60,344 nucleotides of DNA, taken from Deltaproteobacteria bacterium. Lineage in GTDB: Bacteria > Myxococcota_A > UBA9160 > UBA6930. Positions 18,053-26,703 of this stretch are shown piece by piece. The translations under genes were made by a program, and so were the position numbers. How positions within the stretch are numbered: position 1 is the first letter of the stretch; every line of letters begins with the position of its first letter. Under the pieces are notes generated by a model, which was not told where the DNA came from, made no database searches, and was given only the letters and a program-made list of their open reading frames with translations. Location: assembly GCA_031387905.1 (NCBI GenBank), contig JANNDT010000277.1, positions 1 to 60,344 on the forward strand, given 5' to 3'.

Positions 18053-18856
18053 ATGCCCGAACCGGTCGTCGTGGTCGAGCGCGAGGAGCATGTGCTCGTC
18101 GTAACGCTGAACCGGCCCGAAAAGAAGAACGCCGTGAACTGCGAGGTGATGTGCCGGCTCTACGACGCGTGGCGACAGCTCGATGAGGATCCCGGGCTGC
18201 GCGTCGCGATCCTCACCGGCCGCGGCGACACGTTTTGTGCGGGCATGGATCTCGCCGAGATCGGGAAGCTGCGAAGCGGACTCAGCGACAACCCGTACAT
18301 GGAGCGCGTGAAGAAAGAGCCGCACGTGATCTACGGCGCATGGCTGAAGACGTATCGGCCTAACAAGCCGGTGATCCTCGCGGCCGAGAGCTTCGCGCGC
18401 GCAGGCGGCACCGAAATCCTGCCGGGCACCGACATCCGCGTCGCCGGCGAGAGCGCGAAGTTCGGCGTCACCGAGGTGCAGCGCGGGCTGTTCCCGATGG
18501 CGGGCTCCGCGGTTCGGCTGCGCCGCCAGATCGGGTACGCCGTGGCCGCGGAGATGCTGCTCGTTGGCGGCGACCTGTCGGCGCGGCGCGCTCACGGGCT
18601 CGGCCTAATCAATCACGTCGTGCCGGACGGACAGGCGCTCGCCAAGGCGAAAGAGATCGCGCAGCGCATCGCGGAGAACTGGCCGCTCGCGGTGAGACCG
18701 ATCCTCGCGAGGCTGCGCGAGACGGAGGCGATGCCGGAGGAGAAAGCTTTCGAGATCGAGCAGCGGTATGGCATGCAGGCGATGGCTTCCGAGGATGCGG
18801 CCGAGGGGCCACGCGCATTCCTCGAGAAGCGAAAGCCGGTGTTCAAGGGGCGCTGA
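18053..18856 (+). CDS. Enoyl-CoA hydratase/isomerase (crotonase) family protein
   Basis: VLVVTLNRPEKKNAVN and FCAGMDL. The ATG at 18053 has GAAGGAG upstream. The upstream part of the track ORF is not protein-like. Confidence 0.9.
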   Translation: MPEPVVVVEREEHVLVVTLNRPEKKNAVNCEVMCRLYDAWRQLDEDPGLRVAILTGRGDTFCAGMDLAEIGKLRSGLSDNPYMERVKKEPHVIYGAWLKTYRPNKPVILAAESFARAGGTEILPGTDIRVAGESAKFGVTEVQRGLFPMAGSAVRLRRQIGYAVAAEMLLVGGDLSARRAHGLGLINHVVPDGQALAKAKEIAQRIAENWPLAVRPILARLRETEAMPEEKAFEIEQRYGMQAMASEDAAEGPRAFLEKRKPVFKGR

Positions 18857-19049
18857 GCAGAGGCGCCGCTGCGCCGCACTTCGCGCAGATGCAGACGACG
18901 CCGAGCGCCTCCTCCGGAATTCGGGCGAGCGCGGCGCTCGAGAGCTGCACGTCGAAGCACCAGCAGCGCTCCTCGCCGGCGGCGGGGCCGCACGAGTTCG
19001 GCCCCGCACAGAGCGGGCAGCTCGTGGGATCGAGTTCGGGCTTCGGCAT
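18843..19049 (-). CDS. Cysteine-rich CWC family small protein (68 aa)
   Basis: MPKPELDPTSCPLCAGPNSCG...RCWCFDV...CICAKCG. The start is the ATG at 19049, inside the longer track ORF. Confidence 0.6.
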   Translation of the reverse strand: MPKPELDPTSCPLCAGPNSCGPAAGEERCWCFDVQLSSAALARIPEEALGVVCICAKCGAAAPLLSAP

Positions 19050-19071
19050 CGCGCCTAACACCTCGCGCGAG

Positions 19072-19749
19072 TCAGCTGCGCTCGTAGCGCGCGCCGCTCG
19101 CGAGCATCGAGAAGCGATGGCGCGCGCCCGGCGTGTGCGGGTCGCGCGCTTCGTAGCCCGCGTCGCCGTCGTACAGCATGCACATGCCATCTTCGAGCCT
19201 GCACGGACGCGGGCGGAAGGTGACCAGCGGGCGCACGGGCAACTCGCGCAGCGCATGTTCGGCGCGCGAGAAGTCTGCGAGCCACGCGAGCGTCACGAAC
19301 TGCGGCGGCGCGAGCGCGAACTCCTTGGCGTGGTGCAGATCGAGCGCAGCTCCGGGCGTGAGCCAGCGGTGCTCGGTCATCTCGGAGCCGCAAACCACCA
19401 CCGCCTCGTCCGCGCGGAGCGCGCCGAGGAAAAACCAGGTGTCGAAGCGCTTCGGGCGAACCTCGGGCGTGATCCAGCGCGCGATCAGTGGCAGCCGTGC
19501 GCCGGCCAGGTTCACGCCAGCTTCCTCGTGCGTCTCGCGAATGGCGGCGCGCAGTGCGGAATCGACCGAGCCGGCGTCGCCGCCGACCACGTCGCTCGGC
19601 TCCACCTTCCCGCCGGGAAACACCCAGTCGCCGTGTGCGGACTTGTCGGCGCGGTGCAGCAATAACACTTCGAGCCCAGCGCCTCCGTCGCGCAAGAGCA
19701 CGGCGGTGCCCGAAGGCTTGGGGATCGCAGGCACCGCGGGCGTTTCCAT
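19072..19749 (-). CDS. NUDIX hydrolase
   Basis: Nudix box GGKVEPSDVVGGDAGSVDSALRAAIRETHEEAGV. Confidence 0.8.
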   Translation of the reverse strand: METPAVPAIPKPSGTAVLLRDGGAGLEVLLLHRADKSAHGDWVFPGGKVEPSDVVGGDAGSVDSALRAAIRETHEEAGVNLAGARLPLIARWITPEVRPKRFDTWFFLGALRADEAVVVCGSEMTEHRWLTPGAALDLHHAKEFALAPPQFVTLAWLADFSRAEHALRELPVRPLVTFRPRPCRLEDGMCMLYDGDAGYEARDPHTPGARHRFSMLASGARYERS

Positions 19750-19761
19750 GACGTCATCCCC

Positions 19762-21312
19762 CTAGATGTTTCGAGTGCGCCCGGCCCAATGAGGGTCCCG
19801 CAACTTCCGCTTGTAGAGCTTCCCGTTCGGGTCGCGCGGCATCTCCGCCACGTAGTCGATGCTCCTCGGCGTCTTGTACTTCGCGAGCCTTTCGCGGCAC
19901 CAATCGAGCAGCTCGCGCGTGAGCGCATCACTTGCCACTACGCCGTGCGCGGGCTCGACCACCGCCTTCACTTCCTCGCCCCATTCCTCGTGCGGAATCC
20001 CGAACACGGCGACGTCACCGACACTCGGGTGCGTCAAGAAAACCGACTCGATCTCGGCCGGATAGATGTTCACGCCGCCGGAAATGATCATGTCGTTCTT
20101 GCGGTCGCAAAGGAATAAGTAGCCATCAGGGTCGAGGTAGCCGATGTCGCCCACGGTGAAGTAGCGGCCGCGGCGCGCCTTGTCGGTCTTCTCTTTGTCC
20201 TTGTAGTACTCGAAGTCGGCTTGGCCGCGGAGCATGTAGACGGTGCCGGGCGTGCCGGTCGCGGCCTCGTTGCCGTCGTCGTCGAGAATCTTGATCTCGC
20301 TGTTCGGCCAGGCTTTGCCGACTGTGCCTGGCTTATTGCGCCACTCTCCCGGCGACACGATCGTGCCACCGCCCTCGGTCGCGGCGTAATACTCCCAGAT
20401 CGAGTCGCCCCACCACGCGAGCATCTTCTGCTTCACGTCGGGCGGGCACGGCGCCGCGGCGTGCACCATCGCGCGGGTGGACGAACAGTCGTACTTCGCG
20501 CGAACTTCGGCGGGCAGCTGCAGCATGCGGTGAAACTGCGTCGGCACCATGTGACTGGTTGTTACGCGGTACTTCGCGATCAGGCGCAGCATCTCCTCGG
20601 GCGTCCAGCGATCCATCAGCACGACCGCATGGCCCATGTGCAACGCACCCGACGCAAACATCAGGACTGCGGTGTGATAGAGCGGCGAGCCGGTGATGTG
20701 AACGTTCCCGTCGAGGGGCTTCACGCCGAACATCTGCTGGAAGCCGGTGAACAGGCTGCCCATTAGATCGGGGTCGAGGCCAGTCAGTGGGCGCCGCACT
20801 CCCTTCGGCTGGCCGGTGGTGCCGGACGTGTAGTTCATGATCGCGCCGGCAGTGCGCTCATCAGGCGGCGCGCTGGATTGCCCCGCGCTGAGTTCCTCGT
20901 AGGGCCGGAAGCCATCGAGCTCGCCGAGCGCGAAGCGGTGCGAAGGCGGGATCTTCAGCTCCGCCGCCGCCTTCTGAATGGGCTCCGCGAAGCGCGCGCT
21001 ACCGACGAACACTCTGGCCTCGGAGTTCGCGGCGATGTACGCGATCTCGGGCCCCGCCAGGTGGTGATTGATCGGGACGAGGTAGAGCCCGGTCTGGAAG
21101 CACGCGAGATACAGCTCGATGAACGCGGCGCCGTTCTCGACGACGGCGGCTACCGATTCGCCCGGCGCGAGCCCCAGCGCCGCGAGCCCCCGCGCAACCT
21201 GGTTGCCCCGCGCCGCGAGCTCGCCGCGCGTGAAGCGCCGCTCATCCGGCGCAACCAGCGCGAGCGCACCCGGATCCTTCCCCGCAAACGTCCAGAAGCC
21301 CAGATCCGCCAT
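19762..21312 (-). CDS. Acyl-CoA synthetase (AMP-forming, ANL superfamily)
   Basis: Motifs: MNYTSGTTGQPKGV, YYAATEGG, FTVGDIGYLDPDGYLFLCDRKNDMIISGGVNIYP. The ATG at 21312 gives 516 aa, and the track ORF extension is Arg-rich junk. Confidence 0.9.
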   Translation of the reverse strand: MADLGFWTFAGKDPGALALVAPDERRFTRGELAARGNQVARGLAALGLAPGESVAAVVENGAAFIELYLACFQTGLYLVPINHHLAGPEIAYIAANSEARVFVGSARFAEPIQKAAAELKIPPSHRFALGELDGFRPYEELSAGQSSAPPDERTAGAIMNYTSGTTGQPKGVRRPLTGLDPDLMGSLFTGFQQMFGVKPLDGNVHITGSPLYHTAVLMFASGALHMGHAVVLMDRWTPEEMLRLIAKYRVTTSHMVPTQFHRMLQLPAEVRAKYDCSSTRAMVHAAAPCPPDVKQKMLAWWGDSIWEYYAATEGGGTIVSPGEWRNKPGTVGKAWPNSEIKILDDDGNEAATGTPGTVYMLRGQADFEYYKDKEKTDKARRGRYFTVGDIGYLDPDGYLFLCDRKNDMIISGGVNIYPAEIESVFLTHPSVGDVAVFGIPHEEWGEEVKAVVEPAHGVVASDALTRELLDWCRERLAKYKTPRSIDYVAEMPRDPNGKLYKRKLRDPHWAGRTRNI

Positions 21313-21336
21313 CGCCCTCTCCCATCCGACATGACG

Positions 21337-21379
21337 CACCAGCGAAGGATCGGGGTCTGACCCCTTTCTTTCGCTGGTG
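21337..21379. repeat. REP-like palindromic element, copy 1
   Basis: CACCAGCGAAGGATCGGGGTCTGACCCCTTTCTTTCGCTGGTG. The outer 10-bp arms are CACCAGCGAA/TTCGCTGGTG and the inner arms are GGGGTC/GACCCC. Confidence 0.65.
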
Positions 21380-21424
21380 TCGCAACTAACGACCGAACCC
21401 CCCGAAAACCCTCTTACCGCCCCC

Positions 21425-21464
21425 CACCAGCGAAAGATTGGGGTCTGGCCCCGTTCTTTCGGTG
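21425..21464. repeat. REP-like palindromic element, copy 2 (direct orientation, about 88% identical to copy 1)
   Basis: CACCAGCGAAAGATTGGGGTCTGGCCCCGTTCTTTCGGTG. Confidence 0.6.
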
Positions 21465-21478
21465 CGCGACGCGCTGCG

Positions 21479-22636
21479 TCACGGTTTTGCGCTGCTGACG
21501 ATCCACGTCGAGAAGTACTGCGAGCCGCCGCCGTAGGCGTGCCCGAGCGCCTTTTTCGCGCCGTCCACCTGATGCGCGCCCGCCATGCCGCGCACTTGCA
21601 GCGCGCTCTCGGCAAAGCGAATCAAGCCCGACGCGCCGATCGGGTTCGAGGAGAGCACGCCGCCGCTCATGTTGACCGGGAAGTCGCCTGTTAGGGCCGT
21701 CGCGCCCTCGTAGGTCATCTTCCAGCCTTCGTTGCGCTCGGCGATCAGCATGCCTTCCATCCACATCGGCTCGAACCAGGAGAACGGCACGTAGATCTCG
21801 GCGCAGTCGAGTTCTTTGCGCGGGTTCGTGATGCCGGCTTTCTTGTAGAGCGACTTCGCGTTGTCGAGCGTCGCGCGCGGCATCACTTGGTCGCGTCCCG
21901 AGAAAGACGTCGGCTCGCTGCGCATCTCGGTCGCGTGAATCCACGCCACCTTCCTTGGGCTGCGCTCGGCGATCTTCTCGCGCGCCATCACCATCGCGCA
22001 CGCACCATCCGAAGACGGGCACGTCTCGAGGTACCGCACCGGGTCCCAGAGCATCGGCGAGTTCGCGACCTTCTCGAAGCTGATGTCTTCGAGTTGAATG
22101 TGCGCGTACGGGTTCTTGAGCGCGTTCTGGCGATCCTTCACCGCGACGCGAATGCCGGTGTCCTCCGGCGCTCCCGAGCGCCGAATGTATCCCCTAATGA
22201 GCGGCGCAAAGTAGCCACCGGCGCCTGCGACGGTGGCCACACTGAACGGCAGCGAGATCGAGAGCGCCCAGGTCGCGTTCGACTCGCTCTGTTTCTCGTA
22301 CGCCACGGTGAGCACGCGGTCGTGCACGCCGCTCTGCACGAGGCTCGCCGCGACGATGCCCGTCGAGCCGCCCACGCTGCCGGCGGTGTGCACGCGCAGC
22401 ATCGGCTTGTAGGCGCCGCCGATGGCCTCGGCGAGGAACAGCTCCGGCATCATCACGCCCTCGAACATGTCGGGGGCTTTCCCGATCACGACGGCGTCGA
22501 TGTCCTTCCAGGTGCATTCGGCGTCCGCCAGCGCGCGCTCGGCTGCCTCCCGTAACAAGCCCGCCATCGAGACGTCTTTGCGCCGCGCGTCGTACTTCGT
22601 CTGACCGACCCCAATGACTCCGCACAGTTCGGCCAT
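21479..22636 (-). CDS. Thiolase-like (SCP-x/Ltp-type) protein, 385 aa
   Basis: MAELCGVIGVGQTKYDARRKDVSMAGLLREAAERALADA at the N-terminus and NMSGGVLSSNPIGASG at the C-terminus. The ATG is at 22636. Confidence 0.85.
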   Translation of the reverse strand: MAELCGVIGVGQTKYDARRKDVSMAGLLREAAERALADAECTWKDIDAVVIGKAPDMFEGVMMPELFLAEAIGGAYKPMLRVHTAGSVGGSTGIVAASLVQSGVHDRVLTVAYEKQSESNATWALSISLPFSVATVAGAGGYFAPLIRGYIRRSGAPEDTGIRVAVKDRQNALKNPYAHIQLEDISFEKVANSPMLWDPVRYLETCPSSDGACAMVMAREKIAERSPRKVAWIHATEMRSEPTSFSGRDQVMPRATLDNAKSLYKKAGITNPRKELDCAEIYVPFSWFEPMWMEGMLIAERNEGWKMTYEGATALTGDFPVNMSGGVLSSNPIGASGLIRFAESALQVRGMAGAHQVDGAKKALGHAYGGGSQYFSTWIVSSAKP

Positions 22637-22638
22637 GA

Positions 22639-23694
22639 CTACTTGCCCTCCAGCACGCACACGAGGTTCTGCTGCAGGCAGGGTCCCGAAGTCGCGTGGG
22701 CGACCGCGCGATCGGCGCTGCCGTCCCACACACGTCGCGCCGCTTCGCCGATGCGCGAGAGGCCCACCGCCATCATCGGGTTGCCCGCGAGCGCGCCGCC
22801 CGACGGGTTCACGTTCGTCCTCGCCGACAGCCCGAGTGCGCGCTCCACCAGGATCTCCTGATGCGTGAACGGCGCCGACAGCTCGGCCGCGTCCACCTTG
22901 TCGCGCCACACGCCGGCTTTCTGCGCAGCCATCTCGGCCCCGCGCGAGCGTGTTAGGTCGCGCACGCCCAGATCCATCGGCTCGAGGATGTGCGAGATGC
23001 CCGTGATCCAAGCGGGCCGCTTGCACAGCTGCTTCGCCCGCTCGCCAGCGGCGAGGATGATCCCGCTCGCGCCATCGCTGATTGGCGCGCAGTCGTGCTT
23101 GCGCAGCGGCGAGACGAGGTACGGCTCGCTCAGCAACTTCGCCACCTCGAAATCGCCCTTCAGCTGCGCGTACGGGTTCGCCTTCGCGTTCTTGCGATCG
23201 CGCACCGCGCGCTCGGCCATCTCGCGCTCGCTCACGTGCCCGTTCTCGAGCAGCACGCGCGCCTGCAGCGCCGCGATCGAAACGGCGTCGGGCCAGAGCG
23301 GTGTCGCGGTATACGGGTCGAGCTGCAGCGCCATCGTCATCGGCAGATCGCCCATCGACGGCTTGCCGAAGCCGTACACCAGCGCGATGTCCGCGTAGCC
23401 CATCTGCATCTTCACCCAGGCCTCGTAGAGCGCGAAGGCGCCGTCCATCTCGACGTGCGACTCGGAGACCGGCGGCCAGGCGCCGACTGCGTCGAGCCCG
23501 GAGACGAACGCGAACGCCTGCCCGGCCAAATAATCACTCGAGCCCGAGCACACGAACTGGATCTGGTCGTTCGCGATGCCGACGCTCTTCTTCAACTCCG
23601 CGATCACCGGGACGAGGATTTCGATCTCGTTGCGGTTCGGCTCGCGCCGCATCGAGAGCGACTGCGCGAAGCCGACGACTGCCACGTCGCGCAT
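22639..23694 (-). CDS. Thiolase-like (SCP-x/Ltp-type) protein, 351 aa
   Basis: MRDVAVVGFAQS and NPSGGALAGNPMMAVG. The ATG at 23694 overlaps the stop of the upstream DUF35 gene. Confidence 0.8.
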   Translation of the reverse strand: MRDVAVVGFAQSLSMRREPNRNEIEILVPVIAELKKSVGIANDQIQFVCSGSSDYLAGQAFAFVSGLDAVGAWPPVSESHVEMDGAFALYEAWVKMQMGYADIALVYGFGKPSMGDLPMTMALQLDPYTATPLWPDAVSIAALQARVLLENGHVSEREMAERAVRDRKNAKANPYAQLKGDFEVAKLLSEPYLVSPLRKHDCAPISDGASGIILAAGERAKQLCKRPAWITGISHILEPMDLGVRDLTRSRGAEMAAQKAGVWRDKVDAAELSAPFTHQEILVERALGLSARTNVNPSGGALAGNPMMAVGLSRIGEAARRVWDGSADRAVAHATSGPCLQQNLVCVLEGK

Positions 23695-24200
23695 CAGATG
23701 TGCTCCTTGTACGTCTCGTAGGGCGCGTCCGGCTCGCCGCTCGGCTCGAAGTAGAGAATGTTCGCGACCGAAGTCGTCCACTGTTCGCGCGGTTTCCAGA
23801 CGGCTTTCACGCGCATGCCCATGTGCACGTCTTCGAGCTTGCACTTGAGCAGGTGCATCAGAATCGTGTTCGCGCCGTCGAGCAGAACCTGCGCCGTGAT
23901 GTACGGCAGCTCGAGCGGAATGTTCGCGCTCGGCACGCGCACGATCGAATACGTGACGAGCGTGCCGCAATCCGCCAGCTCGACCGGCTCACCGTCGATC
24001 ACGACGCCGTGCTGCGGACACGAACCACGCGTCGGGAAGTAGACGCGCCCGTCCACCGGGCAGCGCTGCCCCAACAACTTTCCCTGCGCGATCGCGCGCA
24101 GAAAGCGCGATGCGCTCTGCCCGGCCGAGAACGTGTAGTCGAGCTCGATCGGCGTCAGCAGGATTTCCACGGGCCCCAAAGCTTGCGGCTTGTCGCTCAT
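23694..24200 (-). CDS. DUF35 OB-fold / zinc-ribbon protein (168 aa)
   Basis: FLRAIAQGKLLGQRCPVDGRVYFPTRGSCPQHG is the rubredoxin-like knuckle, followed by an OB-fold segment. Confidence 0.8.
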   Translation of the reverse strand: MSDKPQALGPVEILLTPIELDYTFSAGQSASRFLRAIAQGKLLGQRCPVDGRVYFPTRGSCPQHGVVIDGEPVELADCGTLVTYSIVRVPSANIPLELPYITAQVLLDGANTILMHLLKCKLEDVHMGMRVKAVWKPREQWTTSVANILYFEPSGEPDAPYETYKEHI

Positions 24201-24201
24201 C

Positions 24202-24651
24202 TCAAGCCTCCGGCACGAACGCGGTGATGTCGGTGATCGCGCCGACGGTCTCGGCTCGCCAGCGCGCGCGCACGCGCATACCCGTCTTCATTAGGCTCTC
24301 GCTGCCCGCATCGACGACGTGCAGCAGCGGCGTCGCCGCGCCGTCGAGCTGAATCAGTGCGTAGGCGAACGGGTGCGCGAGCGGCTGTTGCTTGCGCGGC
24401 GTGTACACCCACGCCCAGCTCTTGACGACGCCCGCGTCCCTAACAGGCACGAGTTCGGTGAGCGCCTCCGCAGTGTCCGGGTCGTACTCCTTCGGCGGCA
24501 CCATCACGCTGCCGTCCTTGCGCCGCACGCCGAGGATCTGGCGATCGCGCAGCGCTGTGAAAAACTTGCCGAGCACGGGCCCGAGCGAGCGCTTGTAGGT
24601 GTACGAGAGCTTGTGCGGCGCGGTGAGCGCGGGCTCGCTGGGTTGGGTCAT
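24202..24651 (-). CDS. DUF35 OB-fold protein (149 aa)
   Basis: MTQPSEPALTAPHKLSYTYKRSLGPVLGKFFTALRDRQILGVRRKDGSVMVPPKEYDP. The ATG is at 24651. Confidence 0.75.
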   Translation of the reverse strand: MTQPSEPALTAPHKLSYTYKRSLGPVLGKFFTALRDRQILGVRRKDGSVMVPPKEYDPDTAEALTELVPVRDAGVVKSWAWVYTPRKQQPLAHPFAYALIQLDGAATPLLHVVDAGSESLMKTGMRVRARWRAETVGAITDITAFVPEA

Positions 24652-24678
24652 GCGCGGGGCCTCCTGCGGGGAAGGAAG

Positions 24679-24692
24679 TGAAACAGGTTCCA
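24679..24692. promoter_or_regulatory. KstR-type operator match TGAAACAGGTTCCA (TnnAACnnGTTnnA)
   Basis: Full match to all 8 fixed positions, 28 nt upstream of the DUF35 ATG at 24651. Confidence 0.55.
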
Positions 24693-24717
24693 ATTCGCGA
24701 AACAAGCCGCAGCGTTC

Positions 24718-25749
24718 TCAACTCTCGCGCAAATCGGAGACGACCCGCGCGAACACCGCGTCGTGCATCGAGTCCGCCGGCATGCGCAGGCTAATGCCGT
24801 CCGCGCTGCCCGCGTAGCGCGCTCGGATCAGCGCCGCGATTTCGCTGAAGCCCGCGCTCGGCACGAGCACCTCGAGCATCTCGTCGGTGATGACACTCTT
24901 CATGCCCGCCCAGTCGTTCGCGCGCGTCTTTGCGAGCAGCGCGCGGCCCACGTCGCCCCAGCCGTGATGCTCGAGCGTTCCCCAATAAGCGGGCGTCGAA
25001 TAGGTGAAGGCGAGCACCTCGCGGGCGGCCTCGCGTTCGCGCGCGACGCAAGCGGCGTCGGGGCCCGTCGCGACCATCGGATTCGCGATGACTCGAATCG
25101 CGCTCGCCGCGCGGCCCGCCTTGGCCGCGCCCTCCGCGAGCCTCGGCCGCATTTCATCTCTCAGATATGTCGGCGAAGAGTTCGTGGGGTGCGCGATCAC
25201 GCAGTCTGCGACTTCGCCTGCTACGCCGGTCATCAGGGGACCGATCGCGCCCAGCCAGACCGGGATGCGGGCGTGCTCGGGCGGCAGCGCATCCGGCCTG
25301 AAGAACGGCTGCATGCGCGTGAGCGAGTACGACGCGCTCCGGTACGCGAGCGGCTCGCCCGTCTGGAACGCCTCGAAGCACGCGCGCAGCGCGCCGACGT
25401 AATCGCGCATGCGCGCAGCCGGTGCGCTCCACGGCATGCCGAAGCGGCCCTCGACATTGCCTTTGACTTGCGGCCCGAGCCCGATCGCGAAGCGGCCGCC
25501 TGATAACTGCGCGAGCGCCCAGCTGTCCTGCGCCACGAGCATCGGGCTGCGCGCGAACGCGACGATCACGCCCGTAGCGACGCGCAGCCGCGTCGTACTC
25601 GCGAGCGCGAGCGTCGCGGCGGGAATCGCGTCGTACGCCGCCTCGGGCACGACGAGCCCGTCGAAGCCCAAGCGCTCTGCCCGCTGTGCGTGCGCCGCCA
25701 TCCTCGCGAGCGGCATGCGCACATCGTCGACGGAAGCCCAGACTTGCAT
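24718..25749 (-). CDS. LLM-class (luciferase-like) flavin/F420-dependent oxidoreductase
   Basis: 343 aa. AERLGFDGLVVPEA and GRFAIGLGPQVKGNVEGRFGMPW are typical of the LLM TIM-barrel. Confidence 0.85.
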   Translation of the reverse strand: MQVWASVDDVRMPLARMAAHAQRAERLGFDGLVVPEAAYDAIPAATLALASTTRLRVATGVIVAFARSPMLVAQDSWALAQLSGGRFAIGLGPQVKGNVEGRFGMPWSAPAARMRDYVGALRACFEAFQTGEPLAYRSASYSLTRMQPFFRPDALPPEHARIPVWLGAIGPLMTGVAGEVADCVIAHPTNSSPTYLRDEMRPRLAEGAAKAGRAASAIRVIANPMVATGPDAACVAREREAAREVLAFTYSTPAYWGTLEHHGWGDVGRALLAKTRANDWAGMKSVITDEMLEVLVPSAGFSEIAALIRARYAGSADGISLRMPADSMHDAVFARVVSDLRES

Positions 25750-25756
25750 CGGCTTC

Positions 25757-26677
25757 CTACGCCATCGGTAGCGCGAAGGAATCGTCGATCGGCTTCCTCG
25801 TCGCGAAGAACGGGCCGAGCACTTTCTGTAGCTCGTCGACCGTCCACGGCACGTCGTGCTCGTGGTCGAGCGCGGGTTTCGGCGCGGCGTACACGCGCAC
25901 GTGCTTGCCCCACATCTGGATCAGGTTGCCGCTGACGTTCTGCGCGAGCGGCGAGGCGATCCATGCGACCACGGGGCCGATGTGTTCCGGCGCGTAGGTG
26001 TCGAAGCCTTCCGCTGGCGGCTTGTACATCTCCGCCCAGGCCGAGGCCATCGTCATGCGCGTGCGCGCGCGCGGCAAGATCACGTTCGCCGTCGCGCCGA
26101 GGCGCTGGCACTCACGCGCGGCCGATAGTGTTAGGTGCGTGAGCGCCGCCTTCGCCGCTGCGTAATTCGACTGACCGAGGTTGCCCATCATGAACGAGTC
26201 CGATGCAGTGCTGATCAGGCGCCCGTAGACCGGCTCGCCGCCGTTCGCTCTCGAGCGATCGCGCCAGTGAGCCATGGTGTGGCGGATCATGCAGAAGTGG
26301 CCCTTGGCGTGGACGCGCAGCACCGAGTCCCATTGCTCCTCGCTCATCTTCTGGAGCATGCCGTCGCGCGAGAAGCCGGCGTTGTTGACGAGGATGTTGA
26401 GATCGCCGAACGCGTCGACCGCGCTCTTCACGATGCGCTCGGATTGCGTGAAGTCCGCGACGTCGCCGAACGCGGCGATCGCGCGGCCGCCTGCGGCCTC
26501 GATCTCGCGCACGACTTCGCGCGCTGGCGCATCGCTCGTGCCACTGCCGTCGGCATTCGTGCCGAGGTCGTTCACGACCACGGCTGCACCTTGGCGCGCC
26601 AGTTCGAGCGCCTCGATGCGCCCGAGCCCGCCGCCCGCGCCCGTAACAATCGCAACTCTGCCTGCCAGAACCGACAT
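25757..26677 (-). CDS. SDR, MFE-2/Hsd4A-like (R)-3-hydroxyacyl-CoA dehydrogenase type
   Basis: Motifs: GRVAIVTGAGGGLGRIEALELARQGAAVVVNDLG, NNAG, YAAAKAA. The ATG at 26677 gives 306 aa. Confidence 0.85.
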   Translation of the reverse strand: MSVLAGRVAIVTGAGGGLGRIEALELARQGAAVVVNDLGTNADGSGTSDAPAREVVREIEAAGGRAIAAFGDVADFTQSERIVKSAVDAFGDLNILVNNAGFSRDGMLQKMSEEQWDSVLRVHAKGHFCMIRHTMAHWRDRSRANGGEPVYGRLISTASDSFMMGNLGQSNYAAAKAALTHLTLSAARECQRLGATANVILPRARTRMTMASAWAEMYKPPAEGFDTYAPEHIGPVVAWIASPLAQNVSGNLIQMWGKHVRVYAAPKPALDHEHDVPWTVDELQKVLGPFFATRKPIDDSFALPMA

Positions 26678-26703
26678 CTCGATTTCCTCTTTGACTGGTT
26701 GCT

